The notes under the pieces: model-generated
What the model saw: the letters and a program-made list of their open reading frames with translations, nothing else
Told to the model about the DNA's origin: nothing
The model's database searches: none
Assembly (NCBI GenBank): GCA_033759635.1
Contig: GCA_033759635.1_4528.1
DNA: 64,000 nucleotides
Source: a phage
Reading direction: 5' to 3' (one strand)
Shown here: piece by piece, positions 28,874 through 38,178 of the stretch
Layout of the letters: each line of letters starts with the position of its first letter
Numbering within the stretch: the first letter of the stretch is position 1
Made by a program: the position numbers and the translations under genes

Positions 28874-29859
28874 TGAAAACGATTGTTAAGGCTTACTTTG
28901 GTAGCCACCTTTATGGAACGTCTACTCCTGAATCTGACGTTGATTTTAAAGAAATTTATGTCCCTCATGCTCGTGATATTTTGACCGGTAACGTTAAAGA
29001 ACATATGAGCAAGAACACGAATAACACATCTTCTAAGAACACAAAAGACGACGTAGACCATGAGTTGTATAGTCTCAAATATTTCTTTAAACTAGCTGCA
29101 GATGGTGAAACCGTCGCATTAGATATGCTTCACACTCCACCGAGTCTAGTAGTTAAATCTGATTTGCCTGATGTATGGAAGTATATTCAAGATAACAGAT
29201 CTCGTTTCTATACCACTAACATGAAATCTTATTTAGGGTATGTCCGTAAGCAAGCTTCTAAATATGGCGTCAAGGGTTCTCGTCTGGCTGTTCTCCGCCA
29301 AGCCCTTAAACGTTCTAATGAATGGGGACAATACTTTGACAACGGTGCAGTAATTCGTTTATCACATATGAAGAATGTTCTGCCTATAGGTGAATTTGCT
29401 TCGTGGATTGAAACCGAAAACGAGAAAACAGGTAAGCAAACATTCTATAATCTGTTAGACCGTAAATTCCAAGACACGTTAACCAATAAAGAGTTCAATG
29501 CCATCCTGGTTAAACTGGAAGAGAACTATGGTGAACGTGCTCGTAAGGCAGAAGCTAACGAAGGTATTGATTGGAAAGCATTGAGTCATGCATGCCGTGG
29601 TGGACTTCAGCTCTTAGAAATTTACAAAACCGGCGACCTGGTTTACCCGCTTCAGGATGCTCCATTTATTCTCGATGTTAAGCTTGGTAAACATACGTTT
29701 AAAACCGTACAGGAATTCTTAGAAGATATCGTTGACCAAGTTGAACATGCCGCAGAACAAGCCGCTAAGAACGGTATGCAGCAAAAAGTAGATATGAGTT
29801 TCTGGGATGACTTCCTTGAGCAAGTCTACTTAGAAAACCACAATTCATACTATAAATGA
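28873..29859 (+). CDS. Pol-beta-superfamily nucleotidyltransferase-fold protein
   Basis: N-terminal FGSHLYGTSTPESDVDF (G-S...D-x-D) with a downstream acidic strand (GETVALDML); 328 aa with a helical C-terminal half. Confidence 0.5.
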   Translation: MKTIVKAYFGSHLYGTSTPESDVDFKEIYVPHARDILTGNVKEHMSKNTNNTSSKNTKDDVDHELYSLKYFFKLAADGETVALDMLHTPPSLVVKSDLPDVWKYIQDNRSRFYTTNMKSYLGYVRKQASKYGVKGSRLAVLRQALKRSNEWGQYFDNGAVIRLSHMKNVLPIGEFASWIETENEKTGKQTFYNLLDRKFQDTLTNKEFNAILVKLEENYGERARKAEANEGIDWKALSHACRGGLQLLEIYKTGDLVYPLQDAPFILDVKLGKHTFKTVQEFLEDIVDQVEHAAEQAAKNGMQQKVDMSFWDDFLEQVYLENHNSYYK

Positions 29860-29860
29860 T

Positions 29861-29878
29861 AAGGGCCTTCGGGCCCTT
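29861..29878 (+). terminator. GC hairpin with UUCG tetraloop (terminator-like)
   Basis: AAGGGCC-ttcg-GGCCCTT immediately after the stop; weak T-tract. Confidence 0.4.
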
Positions 29879-29966
29879 TAGGGGGTCAAAATATTTTTAA
29901 AAAGTAGTGTACATGCTTTTAGGATATGTTATTATAGGACCTATCAAAACAAGAGGAGAAAACAAA

Positions 29967-30185
29967 ATGAAAACCAAAATGTTAGAAATGATTCGTGAAG
30001 CTGGTGATAAAGGTCTTATGGTTAACACTCGTAATGCAGACCAACGTCAAGCATTCGGTGAACTGAAATCTAAAGGTCTGGTTAAAGCATCCTTGGGAAT
30101 CGGTAATGCATTACGAGTCACTTTGACTCCTGCCGGTAAAGCAGTGTTCTTTCAACCTCTTACCAAAAAATCTCGTCGCAAATAA
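29967..30185 (+). CDS. small basic protein
   Basis: ORF 29907..30185 trimmed to MKTKMLEMIREAGDKG... (AGAGGAGAA RBS); 72 aa. Confidence 0.45.
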   Translation: MKTKMLEMIREAGDKGLMVNTRNADQRQAFGELKSKGLVKASLGIGNALRVTLTPAGKAVFFQPLTKKSRRK

Positions 30186-30255
30186 TTGTTTACTTTTGCT
30201 TTAAACATGTTATTATAGACCTATCGAAACGAAATGAGTAAATTTGGAGAATAAA

Positions 30256-31236
30256 ATGTTCAACGTTCAGATCAAAAAAGGTATCTATCGTAATAACGAA
30301 ATCTCTGGTTCTTATGTTGCCACAAAGACATGGTTCCCGGCAAAGCTTAATCCTGAATGTTCCCACTTAGGTGACGGTAAAATTTTCGTTATGATTGATG
30401 GTTCTGAACGTGGAGTATGGGTCTTCAAATCAGACATCGTAATGGAAGGAGTTGAGACATCACCAGTTGCAGTTGTTGAAAGCACTGAAGATATGAAAAC
30501 TCGTATCAACAAACGCTTTAAAGTAATGAACATGATGACGAATGGCATTATTGATGGCAAAATTCGTTCACTCATTATTTCAGGTGCAGCTGGTATTGGT
30601 AAGACGTATTCTCTGGATAAAGCACTTAATAATGCTAATGATAACGGTTTCATCAAATACAAAAGCATTAATGGTAAAATCTCTGGTATTGGCCTTTACG
30701 AACAACTTTGGCTCAACCGTGATGAAGACAGCGTTCTCTTAATCGATGACGTTGACGTATTCTCAGATATGGACATCCTGAACCTTCTTAAAGCAGCATT
30801 AGATACCGGAGATAAACGCAAAGTTTGTTGGAGCACTGCGTCATCTTATCTCGAGGATAAGGGTATTGATAAAGAATTTGAGTTTGAAGGTACTATCGTT
30901 TTCATTACAAACGTTGATATCGATAAAGAGTTAGAACGGGGTTCGAAACTTGCTCCACACCTTCAAGCTTTAGTATCTCGTTCAGTGTATCTCGACCTTG
31001 GAGTACACTCTAATGAAGAGATTATGGTTCGAGTTGAAGATGTAATATTATCTACTGACATGATGCAGAAACGTGGTCTGACGGATGCAGAAACGTATAA
31101 AGCATTGTCCTGGATGAAGGCTAACGTATCTCGTCTTCGCAATGTATCATTACGTACGGCTCTTTATGTAGCAGATTTTATTTCAACTGATAAAGATGGT
31201 TGGGAAGAAATCTCGGAAGTTACTTTACTGAAATAA
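30256..31236 (+). CDS. P-loop ATPase (AAA-like)
   Basis: Walker A GAAGIGKT and Walker B LLIDDVD; 326 aa. Confidence 0.55.
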   Translation: MFNVQIKKGIYRNNEISGSYVATKTWFPAKLNPECSHLGDGKIFVMIDGSERGVWVFKSDIVMEGVETSPVAVVESTEDMKTRINKRFKVMNMMTNGIIDGKIRSLIISGAAGIGKTYSLDKALNNANDNGFIKYKSINGKISGIGLYEQLWLNRDEDSVLLIDDVDVFSDMDILNLLKAALDTGDKRKVCWSTASSYLEDKGIDKEFEFEGTIVFITNVDIDKELERGSKLAPHLQALVSRSVYLDLGVHSNEEIMVRVEDVILSTDMMQKRGLTDAETYKALSWMKANVSRLRNVSLRTALYVADFISTDKDGWEEISEVTLLK

Positions 31237-31374
31237 GCTTATAGGAAGTTCTGAGGTAACAAAAGCCATAAAGATGAATAATCATATGGCTTACCTCAAA
31301 GAAGGACACCAGGAACCTACTGAGGGCATAGAAATATTTAAAAATAATGATGTACAAATCAAAGAGGATATGTT

Positions 31375-31662
31375 ATGGATTTTATGCAAAAAATTAAAGC
31401 CGCAGTCGAACTCTATGCACATCGTATGGTTAGTTCTACGATGAAATATAGCGAGGAAGTTCGCCAGGACTCTTCCTTGAAAGGAAAAACTAAAGCCTTA
31501 ATTACCTTAGATCGTTTGCAAAAGAATGCCATAGAGATGCTCCAGTACGACAAGAGTGTATATAAGAAAGAACAGGAAGAGAAACTTAAATCTGAAAAAT
31601 TACAAAAAATCCCGAAGTCTGTTTGGTTCAGTGGAAAAAATACTGAAAAAAGTTTCTTTTAG
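31375..31662 (+). CDS. hypothetical protein
   Basis: 95-aa Lys/Glu-rich ORF. Confidence 0.45.
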   Translation: MDFMQKIKAAVELYAHRMVSSTMKYSEEVRQDSSLKGKTKALITLDRLQKNAIEMLQYDKSVYKKEQEEKLKSEKLQKIPKSVWFSGKNTEKSFF

Positions 31663-31664
31663 TT

Positions 31665-31699
31665 GTTTACAAGGTCTATGGTTATGTTATTATAGACCT
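31665..31699 (+). promoter_or_regulatory. early promoter cassette with stem-loop (PeSL-type)
   Basis: GTTTAC + AGGTCTAT-ggttatgTTATTAT-ATAGACCT. Confidence 0.5.
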
Positions 31700-31720
31700 A
31701 TCAACTACTGGAGGTAAAAC

Positions 31721-32248
31721 ATGAACGCTAAAGATATTTTCAACCTGGTAAATTATAACGACGGTAAATTTAAATCTGAAGCACAAAGCAAGTTCTTTAA
31801 TGACGTTGCTTATGATAACGAGATTACCGTGGACGGAGGTCAGATTTTCAAATCTCGCTGGAATTGGATTGTTATCATCGATTCAGTTGGAATTGTGGAA
31901 GTCTACAAAAACACTAACAAAAAACGTACATTATTCTGGTCTCGTGAAACTAACGAGCAGTACAAAAAGGATAAAGCGTCTCGTTTATCCAAAGTAACCC
32001 AGGAAGATATCGAGTTTATCAAGAAAGATATCGAGATGTACGAAAATTTAATCGCTGAAGACCAGGCAGTACTCGACAAGTTTGATGAAATTAAAGCTTC
32101 TCGTGAAATCCCTGACTTCATGAAAGAAACAGTAAACGAACGATACGCTCTCACTTCAGAACGTATTGCAAACTATACAAAACAGAAAGCAGAACGTATT
32201 AGTACTCTTCGGAAATTTGAAGAACGTTTAAAGACGGTTCACGCATAA
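31721..32248 (+). CDS. hypothetical protein
   Basis: 175-aa ORF after the promoter cassette. Confidence 0.5.
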   Translation: MNAKDIFNLVNYNDGKFKSEAQSKFFNDVAYDNEITVDGGQIFKSRWNWIVIIDSVGIVEVYKNTNKKRTLFWSRETNEQYKKDKASRLSKVTQEDIEFIKKDIEMYENLIAEDQAVLDKFDEIKASREIPDFMKETVNERYALTSERIANYTKQKAERISTLRKFEERLKTVHA

Positions 32249-32310
32249 ACGCTTTACCCAAGGACGGGTTATAATGGTTTTGAGTTCCAATTCAATCTGA
32301 GGAAATAGTT

Positions 32311-33306
32311 ATGAGCATTACATCTGATGCGGTAAAACATGAAATTAACGGTTTATGTGCTTCACAGATTAAAGTGTGGTTTAAAGACCATAACGATCGC
32401 AGAGCACTTAATTATGAGCAAATTGCTATCCAAGTTCATCAATTACTGACTAGTAAATTTGATTTTCATATGCCGCCTGAAATCTATACTAATCTGCCGC
32501 GAGCACTTATTAAAGCGTGTAAAGGTTATGGAAAATCAATGGCTGATGGAATCTTCAGCGCGCTGAATAAACTTAACGTTCTGTCGATGATTAACTCTAA
32601 CAATATCCTGCGTAATCTAGGACGTACTGATTTGTTCGGTCGTGAACAGTGTAAAATGCCTTTGAAATGGATTGTTGCTCATCTTAACGAGAACCAAACA
32701 CGTTTTATGGCCGTAACAGCACGTTTACAAATGGGCCTAGATCGTCAGATGAACTTTAAAACTCATCCACGTTATTCAGGTTCAACAGACTTTTATAAAT
32801 GCGAGCTTCAAAAGGTCGCTGGCAAAACTGTCTTAGTAGTTCGTGTAACGTTTGAAGGACGACGTCAAGGATATTTTGACCTAATCGGCTCTGGTCTTAA
32901 ACATTGTGGATTTATCGACGAAGTTGATATCAAGCGAGACGGCATTGGATACCGTATTGGGTATGTTTGTACTCTTAAAGAAGAGATTTCAGGACCAGCT
33001 CCAGGACTAAAAGACGTTAGATATAAAGACGAGCTCGTTGAAGAAATAAAAGAAGTTGAATATGATATCAACCAAGAAGATGCTCTTAAAGACCTTATTG
33101 ATGAACTGAACCAAGATGTTATTCCTGTTCAGAAATTTGAATCAAAACATGCTGAGCAAATCAAATACTTTGAAGCTTTGATTAACGAACTTAATGTAAC
33201 TATTCAACAGACTGACGATGAAATCTCACGATTAGCAGGCTTAAATGGTAAAAATAAAACAGAACGAGCTAATCTTATTCAAGTAGTAAAACTTCTTAAG
33301 GAATGA
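32311..33306 (+). CDS. hypothetical protein with C-terminal coiled coil (331 aa)
   Basis: Globular N-terminal region plus about 70-aa heptad-rich C-terminus. Confidence 0.5.
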   Translation: MSITSDAVKHEINGLCASQIKVWFKDHNDRRALNYEQIAIQVHQLLTSKFDFHMPPEIYTNLPRALIKACKGYGKSMADGIFSALNKLNVLSMINSNNILRNLGRTDLFGREQCKMPLKWIVAHLNENQTRFMAVTARLQMGLDRQMNFKTHPRYSGSTDFYKCELQKVAGKTVLVVRVTFEGRRQGYFDLIGSGLKHCGFIDEVDIKRDGIGYRIGYVCTLKEEISGPAPGLKDVRYKDELVEEIKEVEYDINQEDALKDLIDELNQDVIPVQKFESKHAEQIKYFEALINELNVTIQQTDDEISRLAGLNGKNKTERANLIQVVKLLKE

Positions 33307-33335
33307 TGTACAACCAAGGATGGTTGGAGTATAAT
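33307..33335 (+). promoter_or_regulatory. early promoter cassette with stem-loop (PeSL-type)
   Basis: TGTACA + CAACCA-agga-TGGTTG hairpin + GAGTATAAT; near-identical copy at 34326. Confidence 0.55.
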
Positions 33336-33361
33336 AAATTTTTCAACATGAGGAATATAAA

Positions 33362-34321
33362 ATGGCTTTTATTACACGTAGAGAACTTATCAAAGAATTT
33401 ACCTCGAACGCATATACTCCAGGACCTAATCCTATCCGTATGCCTGTAAAAACTCCTGAAGAGATTGAGGAAGTCTGTTCGTATTATGGGATTACTTCTC
33501 GTATGTTTACTCAATTTGAATGTGTTACTAACACGCCCGTTAAAGAGTTCATTAAAAATGGTGAGTTCAGCCGTTTACTAGCCAAACAGAAACTTCGTAA
33601 TTTTTGTATTGGCGGTGAAGGACAATATTTCGCTAAGCAGTTCCGGAATAACCTTAACAATCTGATGGCCATTGCTTCTCGTATTCGTCCTCAAGCAATT
33701 AACATGAAACATTTGAAATATACTTACGATAAGTTGGAAATCATGGTTATCAGTGAGAACGAGTTCACTCTCACGTATAAACCTAAGAACGATAACGTTG
33801 CTCGTGTATTCCACCAAGCGTTAGAAGTTTTAGGTGATAATATCCACCAGATTAAAGCAATTTATTCTCGTGAGCTTAATATTATCGACCCTATCAAGAA
33901 TAAGGGCCATATCGCTATCCAGGCTCGTGTATCTATTGGTAAAAAGGTTCCTGCGCCATGGTGGCACAAAGACTCTGAATACTATCAAAATCTTAAAAAG
34001 GAAAATGCAACGTTCGAAGGCAATATCACAGCAACACCAGTCGGTAATGCAGAGGTTCTAAGCGCATATTCTCCGACACAACCCGGTATGTTTAAAGGTT
34101 TGCCAAATGTGTGCAAACTGTCGGCAGTAAAACTAAATGTTTCTAATGACCTTCTTCCGGCCGAAGATTATCATTACAACCAAATCAAGGCTACTGTAGA
34201 CCAACTGTCCGTTGAACTTGACAAAGCACAAGCTAAGCTTCGTGATGCTCAAAGTGTTGTAACGAATCTCCAGTTGCAGTACTCTAAACTTTTTAACGCA
34301 ATGAATGCGTTAAAATCATAA
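33362..34321 (+). CDS. hypothetical protein with C-terminal coiled coil (319 aa)
   Basis: Same architecture as neighbours; C-terminus ATVDQLSVELDKAQAKLRDAQSVVTNLQLQY. Confidence 0.5.
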   Translation: MAFITRRELIKEFTSNAYTPGPNPIRMPVKTPEEIEEVCSYYGITSRMFTQFECVTNTPVKEFIKNGEFSRLLAKQKLRNFCIGGEGQYFAKQFRNNLNNLMAIASRIRPQAINMKHLKYTYDKLEIMVISENEFTLTYKPKNDNVARVFHQALEVLGDNIHQIKAIYSRELNIIDPIKNKGHIAIQARVSIGKKVPAPWWHKDSEYYQNLKKENATFEGNITATPVGNAEVLSAYSPTQPGMFKGLPNVCKLSAVKLNVSNDLLPAEDYHYNQIKATVDQLSVELDKAQAKLRDAQSVVTNLQLQYSKLFNAMNALKS

Positions 34322-34325
34322 AACG

Positions 34326-34355
34326 GTTTACAACCAAGGATGGTTGGAGTATAAT
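34326..34355 (+). promoter_or_regulatory. early promoter cassette with stem-loop (PeSL-type)
   Basis: GTTTAC + CAACCA-agga-TGGTTG + GAGTATAAT. Confidence 0.55.
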
Positions 34356-34383
34356 GAATCTATCTTAACGAGAGGAAAATATT

Positions 34384-35334
34384 ATGACACGTTCACATTA
34401 CATTGAATACTTTGCCGGTCTTATCGCTAACGTTCATGCCCAGCGTGCTGTTGGTGCACTAGGATTTGATGTTCCACACCGAGATGTAGTAAGTGGTATT
34501 CTTCGCGATTTTGGTACATACACAGGTCAAGAAAATCATATCTGTAAAGATACTCAGAATGCGTATTCTCATTCATTAGGGACACTGCTTCAATGGTTCA
34601 AACGTTCTCGTTTATTATCTTCTACTGTAGCTCGCGATAACATTAAAAACTTTATGAAACCGAGCTTTATTAAATCTGTGACATCTAAAACTGATTTGGT
34701 TGAATTCACTATTATTAATGATGTTAAAAAGACTCATTTGGCTGATTGGTTATCTACCATTCCTGAAACTAAATTCGCTGATAAATTTGCTTGTGAATTC
34801 AATAACCAAGTGAATATGCTTTTTAAACATTCTCGTAAATTATTCACGGGCGGTGATGGTCGTACAAATAAAGTTCATGTTAAAGATTGGGTTACTGCAG
34901 TATTCAAACCGACCGGTAATGGTAACGCATCATTATCAATTGATATCCAGGTTCCTTATTACTACTCACGTAATCTCGGTACCATGAAAGCTGAAGAAAT
35001 TAATAAGCATAACAAAACCGTTCGTTCATTGTCTTATAAACTTATTACATTGTTAGAGACTATGGATGTTGTTGAAACGTTCGACGAATCCGAAGATAAC
35101 GGTTCAATGTTATACAGTTCTCGCACCCGAATTAAGCTGAAGAACCCTAACGAGTATAAACTTAAGACTATTAAAGAACCTAAAGTAGAAAAAGTTGACA
35201 ACTTGAGCGAAGAACGTGAATATCTCAAATCTCGTCTGAAAGAAGTCGAAGCCCAGATTAAAGAACAGACTAAATCGTTAAAAGCTCTGAATGCGAAAGC
35301 GGACGGTTTACGAAATGCCATTGAGGTGTTATAA
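34384..35334 (+). CDS. hypothetical protein with C-terminal coiled coil (316 aa)
   Basis: C-terminus EEREYLKSRLKEVEAQIKEQTKSLKALNAKADGLRNAIEVL. Confidence 0.5.
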   Translation: MTRSHYIEYFAGLIANVHAQRAVGALGFDVPHRDVVSGILRDFGTYTGQENHICKDTQNAYSHSLGTLLQWFKRSRLLSSTVARDNIKNFMKPSFIKSVTSKTDLVEFTIINDVKKTHLADWLSTIPETKFADKFACEFNNQVNMLFKHSRKLFTGGDGRTNKVHVKDWVTAVFKPTGNGNASLSIDIQVPYYYSRNLGTMKAEEINKHNKTVRSLSYKLITLLETMDVVETFDESEDNGSMLYSSRTRIKLKNPNEYKLKTIKEPKVEKVDNLSEEREYLKSRLKEVEAQIKEQTKSLKALNAKADGLRNAIEVL

Positions 35335-35639
35335 TGAAACTACGTCTTTTAGAGGATATTGATATGAGCACTAATCATGGCTTGGTTAAGTTTATTGACG
35401 ATAGTTCAAAGATTGAATTTGTTCAGCGAGATAAAATCCACGGTGAAGAAGAGTTCGTTCCTCCAGCATGGAACGAAATAATGAAAATGGTTGAACGACG
35501 TGAAAATGCTGCCAAATCAGCAGCAAAACATCCATGCCCGAAATGTGGAACTATCCAAGTCCAACTGGTTAACTGGACCACTGATAACTTGAAATTGAAA
35601 TGCCGTAAATGCTTCCACAAATTTGAGAGAATATTATAA
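35334..35639 (+). CDS. zinc-ribbon protein
   Basis: CPKCG...CRKC C-terminal Cys4 pair; 101 aa. Confidence 0.5.
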   Translation: MKLRLLEDIDMSTNHGLVKFIDDSSKIEFVQRDKIHGEEEFVPPAWNEIMKMVERRENAAKSAAKHPCPKCGTIQVQLVNWTTDNLKLKCRKCFHKFERIL

Positions 35640-36052
35640 TGAGATATAGCCTTCGTTGTTTTATCGCAGCTTTAGTTTTTGCCATTATTCCATTCATTTG
35701 GAACAGTCAGAATACTTACATGGAAACTAAAGTAATTCCTGTGGAGGTAGTGGAATTAATCTCAGGCCAATCTACAGGAAAATATTCTAAATTAGAATTT
35801 ATTGCAGTCTATAAAGATGAGCAAGGACGAGTTTTTGACAGGCGTGTATCACCGTCGTTTTATACGCTTCTGAATAAAGGTGATACGATAGCTATAGAAA
35901 TTCGTGAGATGGATATCAAACAAACTACTAAAGATAACTTGATTTGGTTCTTTGGTACAGTGTTGTTGGTTTCTATCTGTATCACAGGTTTTATTACATG
36001 TATTGTATTTGGCATTGCATATTTAATCGATGAAAGGAAAAATAATGTTTAA
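35639..36052 (+). CDS. membrane protein
   Basis: N- and C-terminal TM segments; 137 aa. Confidence 0.5.
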   Translation: MRYSLRCFIAALVFAIIPFIWNSQNTYMETKVIPVEVVELISGQSTGKYSKLEFIAVYKDEQGRVFDRRVSPSFYTLLNKGDTIAIEIREMDIKQTTKDNLIWFFGTVLLVSICITGFITCIVFGIAYLIDERKNNV

Positions 36053-36308
36053 AGTGTACGGGTATGACTCTACTATTCATAAATGCATTTATTGTGATAA
36101 TGCGAAACGATTGCTGACTGTTAAGAAACAGCCATTCGAATTCATTAATGTTATGCCAGAAAAAGGTGTTTTTGATGATGAGAAAATTGCTGAGCTTCTG
36201 GTTAAGCTTGGACGTGAATCACAAGTTGGATTGACTATGCCTCAAGTATTTGCTCCTGATGGAAGTCATATTGGTGGATTTGACCAACTACGAGAATATT
36301 TTAAATGA
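36045..36308 (+). CDS. nrdC: glutaredoxin/thioredoxin NrdC
   Basis: ORF 36030..36308 trimmed to MFKVYGYDSTIHKCIYCDNAKRLL... (CxxC active site); 87 aa, colinear with T4 NrdC. Confidence 0.9.
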   Translation: MFKVYGYDSTIHKCIYCDNAKRLLTVKKQPFEFINVMPEKGVFDDEKIAELLVKLGRESQVGLTMPQVFAPDGSHIGGFDQLREYFK

Positions 36309-36601
36309 GTATTGATTTAACTTTCCCGGGCCCTTATGATCAGGGCGAATTAGAAGCTTTGTTATATCAAGAAATGCGTTCTCGTGCTAAGAACGATATC
36401 CAATATGCTATCGATAATCCATGGGGTGAATTTCATATATTAATGGGTAATCGAATCATCGGTGTCCAATGGCGATTCGTTGGCCTTGAGGCTGAGGACT
36501 ATGAAGAAAACGAGCACGGTGTCTGGATTCCTGTTGGTGAATACCACTGGGAATACGGTGGTCCTGACTTCGAAGTTTCCTGTGCATGGGTAGAACAATA
36601 A
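36305..36601 (+). CDS. hypothetical protein
   Basis: 98-aa ORF, ATGA-coupled. Confidence 0.45.
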   Translation: MSIDLTFPGPYDQGELEALLYQEMRSRAKNDIQYAIDNPWGEFHILMGNRIIGVQWRFVGLEAEDYEENEHGVWIPVGEYHWEYGGPDFEVSCAWVEQ

Positions 36602-36619
36602 ACTGCGAGAATATTTTAA

Positions 36620-36955
36620 ATGAACGATATTGATTTCGCCAAAGCATATAAATTTGTAGCAACTCTTCTCGGACCTGACGCTCCTACTAAGCTTGAAGTT
36701 TTAAATTCTATTCCGACTTCATTGGTTCGAGATGCTGAAATATGGACATGGGACGACTCGGCTGTTTGTGAAGATCTGTACATTCTGATGAATGACATGA
36801 TGGTTAAAAAGCCTGAAACAATGGTTACTATTACTGTTGAAGAATATAATCGCCTGCAAGCCATTGAAGAGCTTCTGTGGAACATTGAATGTGACCTGCC
36901 GTCAGGGCTAGAATCCTGGATTGATTATGAAGAGCTCAATAAACTCCGGGGTTAA
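36620..36955 (+). CDS. hypothetical protein
   Basis: 111-aa acidic ORF. Confidence 0.45.
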   Translation: MNDIDFAKAYKFVATLLGPDAPTKLEVLNSIPTSLVRDAEIWTWDDSAVCEDLYILMNDMMVKKPETMVTITVEEYNRLQAIEELLWNIECDLPSGLESWIDYEELNKLRG

Positions 36956-37083
36956 ACCGTGGTATTCTGCTCGATGGGAGACTGTCGAGCCAGACGTCGA
37001 AACGGTTTACAACGACGAAGAACCATGTTATGATGAACCTTCAATAAATGAATTAATTGATATGGAAATGGGAAGAGATTATT

Positions 37084-37254
37084 ATGCAAGTTAAATTATT
37101 GTACCGTTTATTAAAAAATGGCAAGCATGATTGGTATTTGCTTATTAAAACCGATCCGAATTTTTTCTCTGGACAACCATTTACAGTTCGTCCTACTAAA
37201 CGTCAGCTTCGCAAAGCTAAACGTTCTCATCGTAACTTTTATAGAGAATATTGA
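37084..37254 (+). CDS. small basic hypothetical protein
   Basis: ORF 37057..37254 trimmed to MQVKLLYRLLKNG... Confidence 0.4.
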   Translation: MQVKLLYRLLKNGKHDWYLLIKTDPNFFSGQPFTVRPTKRQLRKAKRSHRNFYREY

Positions 37255-37255
37255 T

Positions 37256-37669
37256 ATGAATATTTCTGAAACTCGCGGTAAATGGTTCAAGATTGTTAAA
37301 GAAGACGAAGAACTACAAGACAAGTTTCCTGAATTAAAGAAAGGAACAATCATCAAGGTAATTGGTACTACTACCGAAGATGGTTATGGCGACCATGGCA
37401 TTATCGAAGTGATGTTGAACACAGGTGAGAAACTTTGCATCTATGACCGTGATACTTCTCTTTGGTGCTTCTGGGAATCCCATTCAATAGATGAACTCGA
37501 AGAAATTGACCAAGTAGTTTGTGATGGTGGACTTGTTGAATTCGAAGGTGAACGTATTTCTTATGCTTTAGCTAAATTAGCTGGTCAAGAAAATAATGAC
37601 GGTTATGAAGGTAATCTGATGCAAGCCGCAGCGGAATACATTGAATATTTAGAAAGACGTTTAAGTTAA
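37256..37669 (+). CDS. hypothetical protein
   Basis: Internal Met of ORF 37118..37669 (MNISETRGKWFKIV...); 137 aa. Confidence 0.45.
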   Translation: MNISETRGKWFKIVKEDEELQDKFPELKKGTIIKVIGTTTEDGYGDHGIIEVMLNTGEKLCIYDRDTSLWCFWESHSIDELEEIDQVVCDGGLVEFEGERISYALAKLAGQENNDGYEGNLMQAAAEYIEYLERRLS

Positions 37670-37704
37670 TAAATACCCTTATCTATTTAAGGTAAGGGTT
37701 TATT

Positions 37705-38178
37705 ATGTTATTATCTGGCAAATTATACAAAGAAGAAAAACAAAAATTTTATGATGCACAGAACGGTAAGTGTCCTATTTGCCACCGTGAATTAGACCCT
37801 GATGTTCAAGGTAACCATCTTGACCACGACCACGAGTTAAACGGGCCAAAAGCCGGTAGAGTTCGTGGATTACTCTGTAATCTGTGCAACGCAGCAGAAG
37901 GCCAAATGAAGCATAAGTTCAACCGTTCTGGTCTTAAAGGTCAAAACGTTGATTACCTCGAATGGCTTGAAGCTCTTCTTGCTTATTTGAAACAAGATTA
38001 TTCTGATAATAATATCCATCCTAATTTTGTTCCAGACAAAACTAAAGAGTTCTCAAGACTAGGTAAAGAGGAAATGATGGCTGAGATGCTTCAAAGAGGA
38101 TTTGAATATAATGAATCTGATACTAAAACACAATTAATAGCTTCATTCAAAAAGCAGCTTAGAAAGAGTTTAAAATGA
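37705..38178 (+). CDS. 49: endonuclease VII (Holliday junction resolvase, gp49)
   Basis: MLLSGKLYKEEKQKFYDAQNGKCPICHREL...HLDHDHELNGPKAGRVRGLLCNLCNAAEG... colinear with T4 EndoVII; 157 aa. Confidence 0.95.
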   Translation: MLLSGKLYKEEKQKFYDAQNGKCPICHRELDPDVQGNHLDHDHELNGPKAGRVRGLLCNLCNAAEGQMKHKFNRSGLKGQNVDYLEWLEALLAYLKQDYSDNNIHPNFVPDKTKEFSRLGKEEMMAEMLQRGFEYNESDTKTQLIASFKKQLRKSLK

